NCBI GenBank assembly: GCA_963674705.1
Contig: OY771506.1
Location: forward strand, 5,376,001-5,440,000
Origin: Phycisphaeraceae bacterium
GTDB lineage: Bacteria > Planctomycetota > Phycisphaerae > Phycisphaerales > Phycisphaeraceae
DNA length: 64,000 nucleotides
Direction: 5' to 3'
Part shown: in pieces, positions 30,349 to 39,964 of the stretch
Layout of the letters: each line of letters begins with the position of its first letter
Position numbering within the stretch: position 1 is the first letter of the stretch
Program-made: the position numbers and the translations under genes
Notes under the pieces: generated by a model
The model's database searches: none
What the model saw: the letters and a program-made list of their open reading frames with translations, nothing else
Told to the model about the DNA's origin: nothing

Positions 30349-31738
30349 AATTCTTTTGCTCCACTTCCCCCAGCACCTGATCCAGCACGGCAAGCATAAA
30401 CTCGACATCATCCTTGGTAATGCACATCGGTGGTTTGATGCGCAGCGTGTTGCCGAACAATCCGCCCTTACCAATGATCAAACCAAGGTCACGGCAGCGC
30501 TCCATCACGTCCGCAGCTTGTGCGGTCGCCGGCGTCTTCGTCTTCCGGTCCGCTACTAACTCCACACCAAGCATCAGACCGAGCCCTCGCACTTCGCCGA
30601 TCAGAGCGTGTTTATCCTGTAGTGCGAGCAAGCCATCCTTGATAAACGAACCTAACTTGTCCGCGTTCTCCTGGATACCTTCTTCATCAATCACTTCCAG
30701 CGTCGCAAGCCCCTGGATCATGCTGACGGGATTGCCGCCGAAGGTGTTGAAGTGGATCTTGTTAGCCATGTTCTTCGAGATCGCTGCCGTCGTGGTCATC
30801 GCGCCAAGCGGTGCACCGTTGCCGATACCCTTGGCCATCGTGATCATGTCGGGCTTCACATCGAAGTTCTGGTGCGACCAGTAATATTTACCGGTTCGCC
30901 CAAACCCACCCTGCACCTCGTCTGCGATACACAAACCGCCGTGCTGGCGCACGATGTCGTACACGATCTGGAAGAATTCCTTTGGCGGCATCACCGTCCC
31001 GCCGACGCCCTGGATCGGCTCGCCGATGAAGCAAGCGATCTGGCCCGGTGTCTGGTACTGAATGACGTTCTTCACATCATGTGCACACTTCAAGTCACAC
31101 GACGGATAGGCCAGGCCGTACGGGCAGCGGTAGCAATACCCCGGATGTGAGTGATGGATATGCATGCTCGGGTTCTGCTTGAACTTCCACGATCCGTGAG
31201 CCGTCAAGCCCATCGGCGTCGTCGTCCCGCCGTGATAACCGTTACGAAGTGCGATCACATCCATATTCCCCGTGTGCTCCCGGCTGCAAAGGACCGCGAT
31301 CTCATTCGCCTCGCTACCGGAATTCGTAAAATACGATTGCTCCAGCGGGCTGCCGTCCGGTGCGTCAGGCATCTTGGATGCCAGTTTCTGTGCAAACAGC
31401 GCGATATTTGGATTCAGATAAATCGTTGTCGTGTGCTGCAGCGTTTCGTTCTGCTTGCGGACCTTCTCAATGACCTTCGGATGACAATGCCCCACGCTGA
31501 CCGTCACGATCCCCGCGAACACGTCGAGGTAGCGTGTGCCCTTCTCGTCCCAGAGATACTGCATATGCCCCTCGACGATCATCATCGGCTTCTTGTAATA
31601 CGTCAGCACGCCGGGTGAAACATACTGCGAGCGCAACGCGATCACTTCATCTTTCGATGGCCCGGCATATGGCGCCGGCTTGTGGTTGCAGACGGGAAGG
31701 CTGAGTTTGTGCTCTATATCAGTGTGTGTCGTAGTCAT
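30347..31738 (-). CDS. Class III PLP aminotransferase, AGXT2/PYD4-like (probable beta-alanine aminotransferase)
   Basis: YLDVFAGIVTVSVGHCHP, FTNSGSEAN, EPIQGVGG, IADEVQGGFGRTG, MAKGIGNG, NTFGGNP; pyrimidine-catabolism context. Confidence 0.88.
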   Translation of the reverse strand: MTTTHTDIEHKLSLPVCNHKPAPYAGPSKDEVIALRSQYVSPGVLTYYKKPMMIVEGHMQYLWDEKGTRYLDVFAGIVTVSVGHCHPKVIEKVRKQNETLQHTTTIYLNPNIALFAQKLASKMPDAPDGSPLEQSYFTNSGSEANEIAVLCSREHTGNMDVIALRNGYHGGTTTPMGLTAHGSWKFKQNPSMHIHHSHPGYCYRCPYGLAYPSCDLKCAHDVKNVIQYQTPGQIACFIGEPIQGVGGTVMPPKEFFQIVYDIVRQHGGLCIADEVQGGFGRTGKYYWSHQNFDVKPDMITMAKGIGNGAPLGAMTTTAAISKNMANKIHFNTFGGNPVSMIQGLATLEVIDEEGIQENADKLGSFIKDGLLALQDKHALIGEVRGLGLMLGVELVADRKTKTPATAQAADVMERCRDLGLIIGKGGLFGNTLRIKPPMCITKDDVEFMLAVLDQVLGEVEQKN

Positions 31739-31814
31739 GGGATATCCTGTGCCCATTGGGTAGCGATGAGGCGTGTGAACACGCCAGTTTGATAAACTGC
31801 ATTGTCCTTATCTA

Positions 31815-32687
31815 TCACAACTGCACGATCTGCCCGTACGTCTCCGGCCGACGGTCACGGAAGAACTGCCACGTGTTACGCACCTCGCGGATCAGGTCAA
31901 AGTCCATGTCCGAGATGACGATGTCGTCTTCGGTACGCTTATCAGAGACGTTGATCATCTGCCCGCGAGGATCGCAGAAGTAACTCTGCCCGTAGAATTC
32001 ACCGATGCGCCACGGGTCTTCAAAACCGGGCCGATTGATCGCACCGACGAAGTACTGGTTCGCCACCGCATGGGCCGGTTGTTCCAGTTTCCAAAGATAT
32101 TCGCTCAGACCGGCCACCGTGGCGGACGGATTAAAGACGATCTCGGCGCCGTTCAAACCCAAACATCTCGCGCCATCCGGGAAGTGCCTGTCGTAGCAGA
32201 TATAAACACCGACCTTGCCGATCTTCGTATCAAAAACCGGGTACCCGAGGTTGCCCGGGCGGAAGTAGAACTTCTCCCAGAAGCCGGGGTTGCAATGCGG
32301 GATATGGACCTTGCGGAATTTGCCAAGGAACGTGCCGTCGGCATCAATGACCGCGGCGGTGTTGTAGTACACGCCGGTCATCTCTTCTTCATACATCGGC
32401 ACCACGATCACCATCTTGTGTTTCTTGGCCAGGTCCTGCATAAGTCTTGTGGTCGGGCCGTCCGGGATACGCTCCGTCAGGTCATACCACTTGGTCTGCT
32501 GCTCGGCGCAGAAGTACGGGCCGTAGAACAATTCCTGCAAACAAACAACCTGGGCCCCCTTCTCGGCGGCCTGGCCAATCATGTCAACGTGTTTGTCGAT
32601 CATCGCCTGTTTGATCTTGGCGACGGGGGAGGTGACGGGCTCACAGAGCGTGGCCTGAATCAGTGCACCGCGGACATTTCGTGCCAT
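31815..32687 (-). CDS. Beta-ureidopropionase (nitrilase-family carbon-nitrogen hydrolase)
   Basis: Catalytic triad CLQELF / RKVHIP / YICYDRHFP; GFWEKFYF; operon context. Confidence 0.9.
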   Translation of the reverse strand: MARNVRGALIQATLCEPVTSPVAKIKQAMIDKHVDMIGQAAEKGAQVVCLQELFYGPYFCAEQQTKWYDLTERIPDGPTTRLMQDLAKKHKMVIVVPMYEEEMTGVYYNTAAVIDADGTFLGKFRKVHIPHCNPGFWEKFYFRPGNLGYPVFDTKIGKVGVYICYDRHFPDGARCLGLNGAEIVFNPSATVAGLSEYLWKLEQPAHAVANQYFVGAINRPGFEDPWRIGEFYGQSYFCDPRGQMINVSDKRTEDDIVISDMDFDLIREVRNTWQFFRDRRPETYGQIVQL

Positions 32688-32805
32688 TTTCTTGACTCCA
32701 AACAGTCACAAGCCTTTGGGAAACGAACAGGATACCATATAATCGCTCATTTCCGATGCATAATTTCTCTATGGGCGATCTATGTCAAGACTGGATACGG
32801 TGAAT

Positions 32806-34305
32806 ATGAATCAAGTGAAGATGTTAATCGGGGGTTCCTGGCAAACAAGTAAGAGCACGCGAACCGGTGATGTCTTCAATCCATCGACCGGTAAAGTGAT
32901 CGCACAGGCCCCGATGTGCACCGCAGACGAGGCGGATCAAACCGTGCAAGCCGCTGCCAAGGCCTTCCCCGCTTGGCGCGATACGCCGGTCGTGGATCGT
33001 GCGCGAATCATGTTCCGCTTCCGCGACCAGATGGAACGAGACTTCGAGAATCTCGCCGCCCTCGTCACCCGGGAGCACGGCAAGACCCTGCCGGAGGCTC
33101 GCGCCGAGGTCCAGCGCGGCATCGAGATGGCCGAGTTCGCCGCCGGCATCCCAAGCTTGATCAAGGGTGAAACCCTGCCCAATATCGCTACCAATGTCGA
33201 TGCCGAAACGGTCCGTCACCCCGTCGGCGTCTGCGTCGGGATTACGCCGTACAACTTCCCGTTCATGGTGCCACTATGGATGATGCCGATCGCGATCACC
33301 TGCGGCAACACCTTCGTGCTCAAGCCCTCTGAAAAAGTACCGCTGTCATCTGTACGCATGGCCGAACTGCTCATGGAAGCCGGACTGCCCGATGGCGTCT
33401 TTAACATGGTCCACGGTGACAAGGAATGTGTCGACACACTCCTGACCCACCCGCTCGTGGCAGCCATCTCATTCGTGGGCTCGACCAAAATCGCCAAGTA
33501 CATCTACGAAACCGGCACCACACATGGCAAGCGTGTGCAAGCTGCCGGTGGCGCGAAGAACCATATGATCATCATGCCCGATGCAGATATCGATCTATCC
33601 GTCAAAGCAGTCGCCGCCTCGGCGTACGGCTGCGCGGGCCAGCGCTGCATGGCAGGCAGCGTCGCGGTTGCAGTCGGTGAGATCGGTGATCCGCTTGTCG
33701 ATCAATTGCACGATTACGCCTCCGGCCTGAAGACCGGCCCTACCGACGGCGCAGAAGCCGACATGGGCCCGCTTATCAATCTCGACGCCGTCAACCGCAT
33801 CGGTTCTTACCTGGATATCGCGAAAAACGAAGGCGCCACCGTCCGGCTCGACGGCAGGGAAAACGTCCGCGGCGATGGCTTCCTCGTCGGCCCCAGCATC
33901 GTCGACCAGGTCCAGCCCAAGATGCGTGTCGCACAGGAAGAGATCTTCGGTCCCGTACTCTCCGTCATCCGAACTGACGATCTTGATGCGGCACTGGAAG
34001 TCGGACGCAACTGCCCGTACGGTAATGGCGCATCGATCTTTACGAATTCCGGCTACGCCGCACGCCAGTTCAAGCAGCACTTCAATGCCGGCATGATAGG
34101 TATCAACGTCGGTGTGCCGGCCCCGATGGCATGGTTCCCCTTCACGGGCTGGAACCAATCCTTCTTCGGCGACCTGCATATCCAGGGCAATGAAGGCGTA
34201 CACTTCTACACCCATCAAAAGACCGTCCTCACACGCTGGTTTGCTCCCGAAAACGAGTGCCACCATGACCCAGTCTGGAAGACCGGGCAAGGCAAAAACG
34301 GCTGA
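32806..34305 (+). CDS. mmsA: CoA-acylating (methyl)malonate-semialdehyde dehydrogenase
   Basis: GITPYNFP, LKPSEK, FVGST, GGAKNH, GCAGQRCMA, EEIFGPV, GINVGVPAP. Start uncertain (32782-32821). Confidence 0.93.
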   Translation: MNQVKMLIGGSWQTSKSTRTGDVFNPSTGKVIAQAPMCTADEADQTVQAAAKAFPAWRDTPVVDRARIMFRFRDQMERDFENLAALVTREHGKTLPEARAEVQRGIEMAEFAAGIPSLIKGETLPNIATNVDAETVRHPVGVCVGITPYNFPFMVPLWMMPIAITCGNTFVLKPSEKVPLSSVRMAELLMEAGLPDGVFNMVHGDKECVDTLLTHPLVAAISFVGSTKIAKYIYETGTTHGKRVQAAGGAKNHMIIMPDADIDLSVKAVAASAYGCAGQRCMAGSVAVAVGEIGDPLVDQLHDYASGLKTGPTDGAEADMGPLINLDAVNRIGSYLDIAKNEGATVRLDGRENVRGDGFLVGPSIVDQVQPKMRVAQEEIFGPVLSVIRTDDLDAALEVGRNCPYGNGASIFTNSGYAARQFKQHFNAGMIGINVGVPAPMAWFPFTGWNQSFFGDLHIQGNEGVHFYTHQKTVLTRWFAPENECHHDPVWKTGQGKNG

Positions 34306-34380
34306 GATGCGACGCAATGACCTCAGCCTCTTAGGCTGCTATCATCATGGATCACACACTGAATCCGTGGTGCCAGCACT

Positions 34381-35757
34381 ATGAAGCAAATGTCAAGTCA
34401 AAACCTGGTCTATATCGCTCGCGCGGCCATGGCTGTTGTCCTGATCGTTGTCGCAGGGGGTATTTTCATGCTCCTGGCACGAAGCCGGCCTGTCGTACCT
34501 AGCACCGATCCAAACCAGCAGCACAACCGTGTTAACGTGTTTACCGCCCGTGCAATCGATGTCCACCGCCACTGGACGGGCTACGGTACAGCCGAAGCGG
34601 TCGAATCCGCCAACGTGCCCGCACGTGTCACCGCCACCGTCGACCAGATCCCGCCGCAGATCCTCGAAGGCGCGGTTGTCAGCAAGGGGCAACTGCTGGC
34701 CGAACTGGATAACAGCGACTTTGTGAATCAACTCCGCGTGACTGAGCAGAACATGGCCGCTGTCGACGCAATGATTGAAGAACTGGACCGACAGGAGAAG
34801 TCACTCAATGAACGTGTAGCTGTTGAGAGCGACGATCTGGAACTTGCCCGGCAGGAACTGGCGCGTGTTAAAAATATGTTTGAAAACAACGCCGCCAACC
34901 AGAAAGACCTGGACGCCTCCGAGCGGACCGTGCTTAGCGTGCAACGCAGCAAACTCCAGATCGAGCAAACCCTCTCTGGTATCCAACCGAGACGTGATCA
35001 ACTACTTGCCCAAAAGGCGGAACTGCAAGCCACCGCCGACACTGCTCAATTGAACGTCGAACGATGCAGCGTCCGGAGCCCGATCGACGGCGTGCTTCAA
35101 TTCGTTGATATCGAGGTCGGCGAAAGCGTCGCGCCGGGCCAGCGCATCGCCCGCGTTGTGAATACCGATCGCATCCAGACACCGATCAGCCTCCCGGCTA
35201 ACGCACGATCGCACATCCGCGTCGGCGATAAAACCTACCTGACATCCACCGCCGATCCCGATCAATCCTGGGAAGCCCAAGTCACACGCATCACTCCCGA
35301 AGACGATCCACAGACACGCACGTTCGCCGCATATGTTGAGGTCAACCAGAAACAGCAATCCGAATCCGGCAATTCACAAATGCGTCTGTCCCCGGGTGTG
35401 TTTGTTCGTGGCTCTGTGGTAGCTTCGGAAAGTGAGAACCGCGTCGTGGTGCCACGTCGTTCTGTGCGCATCGAACGCGCGATGGTCGTAATCGACGACA
35501 TACTCGAGAGCCGAAAGGTAACCGAAGCCTACGCGATCGATGGACCGCTGCCGGAAACCGGTTTGCTGGATCAGGAATGGGCGGTCCTCACAGAAGGCAT
35601 CGAGCCCGGCGATGTCGTCGTATTGACCCCGACACGCTCGCTGAGCGATGGTCAGCAGATCGAGCCTGTGATGGTAGATAATGAATTACTCACTGACACG
35701 GTGCGTGAACAAGATGAAGCCACGTTAGCAACGACTCAACGGGGGGAATCGCGGTGA
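34381..35757 (+). CDS. RND efflux membrane fusion protein
   Basis: N-terminal TM; lipoyl-like halves (GAVVSKGQLLAELD, VRSPIDG, GESVAPG) around a long coiled coil; TRTF motif. Confidence 0.9.
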   Translation: MKQMSSQNLVYIARAAMAVVLIVVAGGIFMLLARSRPVVPSTDPNQQHNRVNVFTARAIDVHRHWTGYGTAEAVESANVPARVTATVDQIPPQILEGAVVSKGQLLAELDNSDFVNQLRVTEQNMAAVDAMIEELDRQEKSLNERVAVESDDLELARQELARVKNMFENNAANQKDLDASERTVLSVQRSKLQIEQTLSGIQPRRDQLLAQKAELQATADTAQLNVERCSVRSPIDGVLQFVDIEVGESVAPGQRIARVVNTDRIQTPISLPANARSHIRVGDKTYLTSTADPDQSWEAQVTRITPEDDPQTRTFAAYVEVNQKQQSESGNSQMRLSPGVFVRGSVVASESENRVVVPRRSVRIERAMVVIDDILESRKVTEAYAIDGPLPETGLLDQEWAVLTEGIEPGDVVVLTPTRSLSDGQQIEPVMVDNELLTDTVREQDEATLATTQRGESR

Positions 35758-38700
35758 GTCTTGCCAACTACGGGGTCCGTAAGCCGGTCCCTGTGAACCT
35801 GCTGATGATCGCGATCCTGCTAGCGGGTATCGTTTCGGGCCTCACGCTTCGCCGTGAGTTCTTCCCCGAGTCCGACCCGGACATGGCATCCGTGCGCATG
35901 CCCTACCCCGGCGTCACGCCCGATGAGCTTGAAGAAACACTCGCCATCAAGGTCGAAGATGCACTGATCGACCTGGACGAAATCAAGGAACTGCGCACGA
36001 CTCTCACCGAAGGCGGTGGCGGTATCGTTGTCGAGTTTAGAGAAGATGCCGATCCTGATGAAGGGCTGGACGAAATCGATCGCGCGATCGATGCGCTGCA
36101 GGATTTGCCCGAAGAGTCCGAAGAAATCCAGGCGCAGCTTATGGAGCCGAAGCTCCCGGTCATCCGACTCACGCTCTACGGCGATCTTGACGAGCAGGCG
36201 ATGAAACGCGCAATCCGCGGCATCCGTGACGAGTTGCGCGCCATGCCGGACATGGGTGAGATCCTTGTCGAAGGTGTACGCGATTACGAACTGCGCATCG
36301 ATGTACGATCCGGAGCCCTGCTCGAACACAAACTGAGCCTGCCACAAGTCGCCGATAGTGTCCGTCAGTGGATGACCGACATCCCCGGCGGAACCGTCCG
36401 CACCGGCACGAACAACGTCAAGGTCCGTACGATGGGCGTTGAAGAGCGGGCCTCGGCAGTCCGAGACATCATCATCAAAGCCAATCCCGCCGGTCCGGCT
36501 GTCAGGCTGGGTGATATTGCCAACGTCACCGACTCCTTTGTCGACGAACAACTCTACTTCCGTTTCAACGGCCAACCCGCCGTCAGCCTGACTGTCTTCA
36601 AGGTCGGCGAGCAGGATATCGTCCAGATTGCGGAGATGGTACGAGCGTATGTCGATGGGCAGAACAACAAGCCGTTTGTCCCTTCATCTTTAAGAGAGCG
36701 CGTTGTTACAAACGTACCTTTCCAAGGGCTACGCAACTTTTTAGGGCCCTTGCCACGATTTGAAGCCTGGAAAGTCGGTCAGAACAGCCAATACCCCATC
36801 CCCGTGGGTGCGTCATTAACCACCGACACAGACCTTGCCCGATTCGTCGAAGGCAGGCTCGACCTTCTCATGCGCAACGCCAAATACGGCGCGATCCTCG
36901 TATTCCTTACGCTGCTTGCGTTCTTGAACTGGCGCGTCGCGATGTGGGTCGGCGTGGGCCTGGTCACCGCCATCATGGGCACACTGATGCTCATGTCCTG
37001 GATGGATGTGACGCTCAACCTGCTGACCATGTTCGGCCTGATCGTTGTGCTGGGCCTGCTCGTTGACGATGCGATCGTCGTTGCGGAAAACATCCAGGCG
37101 CGTCACGACCGGGGAGAACCCTCCATCCGCGCCGCAGTGGCGGGTACGGACCAGGTTGCATGGCCTGTCGTTGCGACGGTCTTGACCAGTGTCGTCGCTT
37201 TTATGCCTTTGACTTTCATCCGCGGACGCATCGGCGATCTGCTGGGCGCTCTGCCGTGGGTTGTTGCTTGCGCTTTATTGATGAGCCTGATCGAGTCATT
37301 GGTTATCCTGCCCAGCCACATGGGCCACAGCCTCGCCAAGCGGGACAAGTCAAAGCCCGGCAAGACCGTGGACAAGATCCGTAAGTTCGAGAAGTGGCGC
37401 GACCACATCGTGCTGGACCGGATGATCCCGGCCTATGGCCGATTTATCGCTGTCGCGCTTAAGTTCCGCTACATCGCTGTCGCCGCGGCCTTAGCGATCT
37501 GGATCATCTCGATGGGCATCGTTGCCGGCGGGCGCGTCGCGTTCAACTTCCTGCCTTCCAGTGATTCTGAAACCATCATCATCGATGTCAACATGCCCAT
37601 CGGTTTCCCGATCGAGCAGACCAATGAAGTCGTCAAACGCATCGAAGAAGCCGCCATGCAGCAGCCCGAGACCAAGGGGATCGGCGCTGTGATCGGCCAA
37701 CGCGCTAATGTGGAAACCGGAAACGCCGAGGCGTTCGCGCCGCACGTCGCACAAATGTTCATCGAACTCAAGCCTGTTGAAGAACGCGACAAGGAATCAT
37801 CCAAGGTCATCCAGTCGATCCGCGATGCGTTAGATGGCAAAATCGACGACGTCGATCGCATCAGCTACAGCGAAATCCAGGGCGGGCCAAGCGGCAAGGA
37901 CATCACCCTCCGTGTGCGCGGTGATCACCCCGAACAAATCGAATCGGCTGTCCATGACATCGAATCCTGCCTGGCGAGTATCGAGGGCGTCCACGACATC
38001 GCCGACAACAACGACGTCGGCCAGATCGAACTCCGCTACGATGTGAAACCCGAAGGCAAAGCGTTGGGCTTCACCTCTGAAGAAGTTGCCCGTCAGGTAC
38101 GAGGTTTCCTGTACGGGATCGACGCCCACGTCTACGCCGCCGACCAGGAAGATATCGATGTGCGTGTACGTTTGGATGAAGACACCCGCCGCAGCCTTTA
38201 TGCCGTGCAAAACGCCTGGCTGATCAGCCCCGCAGGTCTGCCCGTACCGATGAACCAGGTTGCCGAGGTCACCGAGAACGAAGCCTACTCGACGATCAAC
38301 CGCTTCAACCGCCAACGCGCCATCACGGTCGAGGCAAGCGTCGCCCCGGGAATCAGCCCCGAAGCAGTCATGGAAAAACTCACCACGGCGCAGACCGAGC
38401 AGGCCGAAGGCTCAACCGAACCGAAACAAGTCAAGCCAAGCCCGTTGGACCAGATCCGCAACAAGTATCCGCACCTGACAATCGAATCCGCAGGCAGGCA
38501 ACAGCAGATGGCCGACGCCTTTGCCTCGCTGCCGTGGGGTTTCCTTGCAGCCAGCGCGATGATCTACATCATCCTCGCGATCCTGTTCAACAGCTTCTTC
38601 CAGCCGCTGGTCGTGATGCTCGTTGTCCCGTTCTCGATGGTCGGTGTGGTCTGGGGACACCTGATCCTCGGCTACGACATGACCTTCCTGAGCCTGATCG

Positions 38701-39110
38701 GCTTTGTCGCCCTGTCCGGTATCGTCGTCAACGACTCGCTGATCCTTGTCGAGTTCTTCAACAAGATGCGTGAAAAAGGCATGACCGTGCCTGACGCCCT
38801 CGTCGCCGCCGGCCGCGCCAGGCTCCGCGCGATCCTGCTGACCACGATCACGACCGTGCTAGGGCTGATGCCGCTGATTCTCGAAAAATCTTTCCAGGCT
38901 AAATTCCTGATCCCGATGGCGATCTCGATCGCCGCCGGGCTGATCTCTGCAACGATTCTTGTCCTCGTCGTACTGCCGTGCGTCATGGTCATCTTTGATG
39001 ATATCGGCTCGGTACTGTATTACTTGTGGCACGGGACCAAGCGCCCCAGCACACTACCGGTTTCTCATACCACGGAAGTAAGCTATGAAGACGACCCAAA
39101 CGAAACGTAA
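35754..39110 (+). CDS. RND efflux permease (AcrB/AcrD/AcrF family)
   Basis: GLLVDDAIVVAEN, GIVVNDSLILV, RLRAILLTTITT; 1118 aa with two-fold architecture. Confidence 0.95.
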   Translation: MSLANYGVRKPVPVNLLMIAILLAGIVSGLTLRREFFPESDPDMASVRMPYPGVTPDELEETLAIKVEDALIDLDEIKELRTTLTEGGGGIVVEFREDADPDEGLDEIDRAIDALQDLPEESEEIQAQLMEPKLPVIRLTLYGDLDEQAMKRAIRGIRDELRAMPDMGEILVEGVRDYELRIDVRSGALLEHKLSLPQVADSVRQWMTDIPGGTVRTGTNNVKVRTMGVEERASAVRDIIIKANPAGPAVRLGDIANVTDSFVDEQLYFRFNGQPAVSLTVFKVGEQDIVQIAEMVRAYVDGQNNKPFVPSSLRERVVTNVPFQGLRNFLGPLPRFEAWKVGQNSQYPIPVGASLTTDTDLARFVEGRLDLLMRNAKYGAILVFLTLLAFLNWRVAMWVGVGLVTAIMGTLMLMSWMDVTLNLLTMFGLIVVLGLLVDDAIVVAENIQARHDRGEPSIRAAVAGTDQVAWPVVATVLTSVVAFMPLTFIRGRIGDLLGALPWVVACALLMSLIESLVILPSHMGHSLAKRDKSKPGKTVDKIRKFEKWRDHIVLDRMIPAYGRFIAVALKFRYIAVAAALAIWIISMGIVAGGRVAFNFLPSSDSETIIIDVNMPIGFPIEQTNEVVKRIEEAAMQQPETKGIGAVIGQRANVETGNAEAFAPHVAQMFIELKPVEERDKESSKVIQSIRDALDGKIDDVDRISYSEIQGGPSGKDITLRVRGDHPEQIESAVHDIESCLASIEGVHDIADNNDVGQIELRYDVKPEGKALGFTSEEVARQVRGFLYGIDAHVYAADQEDIDVRVRLDEDTRRSLYAVQNAWLISPAGLPVPMNQVAEVTENEAYSTINRFNRQRAITVEASVAPGISPEAVMEKLTTAQTEQAEGSTEPKQVKPSPLDQIRNKYPHLTIESAGRQQQMADAFASLPWGFLAASAMIYIILAILFNSFFQPLVVMLVVPFSMVGVVWGHLILGYDMTFLSLIGFVALSGIVVNDSLILVEFFNKMREKGMTVPDALVAAGRARLRAILLTTITTVLGLMPLILEKSFQAKFLIPMAISIAAGLISATILVLVVLPCVMVIFDDIGSVLYYLWHGTKRPSTLPVSHTTEVSYEDDPNET

Positions 39111-39963
39111 GCGACGCACCATGCACGCAGCGGCAGCCATCTCGGCACTGTTGATCCTCGCCCTGACGGTCAGCCTCTCCCCCGCTCAACAACCCGCCGC
39201 CGCAACGACCGATCTCTCCCGCTACGAGGGGATCGCATACCCCAGCAAACAGGTTGTCCTCAACGCACCGGTCGACGGCAAACTCGCTTCGATCCTCTTT
39301 GAAGAAGGTGATCGTGTAAAGCAAGGTGAACTGCTCGCACAGATGGATGACGCGGAGCAGCAAGTCGTCGTCGAATCCGCCCGCCTGCAATGTGAGTCCG
39401 AGGCTGAGCTTGATCGCGCCAAGTTTGCCTTGGAAGAAGCGATCATCCTTCACGAACGTGCGACCGAAACCTATGAAAAAGACGCCGCCAGCGAATGGGA
39501 AGTGCGCCGGGCGCAACTGCAAAAAGACCAGGCCGAGGCCGACCTGCAACTCGCCAGAGACCGCATCAAGATTGCGACCGTGAATTTGGAACTGGAAGAA
39601 ACCCGCCTGGAACGCATGCAGGTGCTCGCACCGTTCGACGGTGAAGTCATCGAGCATAACGCCGAAGCCGGCGCCACCCTTACACGCGAAGAACCGATCC
39701 TGGCTGTCGCCGCGCTCGACCCGCTCGAAGCACACATCAACCTGCCCGTCAGCGTCTTCAGCCAACTGCAGATCGGCAAGACCTATCAACTCAAGGCAGG
39801 CGATCCGATCAACGCCACGATCCCCGCCAAACTCAAACACATCTACCGCATCATCGACACCGCCAGCGAAACCGTGCGTTGTGTGTTTACCATCGACAAT
39901 AAAGACGCCGAACTCATCGCGGGCTTCCCCGTCACGCTAAGCAGCCTCACCCCGGCCGACTAG
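39085..39963 (+). CDS. Short periplasmic adaptor (HlyD/MFP-like) with signal peptide
   Basis: APVDGKLASILFEEGDRVKQGELLAQMD, coiled coil, APFDGEV. Start may be ATG 39121. Confidence 0.85.
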   Translation: MKTTQTKRKRRTMHAAAAISALLILALTVSLSPAQQPAAATTDLSRYEGIAYPSKQVVLNAPVDGKLASILFEEGDRVKQGELLAQMDDAEQQVVVESARLQCESEAELDRAKFALEEAIILHERATETYEKDAASEWEVRRAQLQKDQAEADLQLARDRIKIATVNLELEETRLERMQVLAPFDGEVIEHNAEAGATLTREEPILAVAALDPLEAHINLPVSVFSQLQIGKTYQLKAGDPINATIPAKLKHIYRIIDTASETVRCVFTIDNKDAELIAGFPVTLSSLTPAD

Positions 39964-39964
39964 C

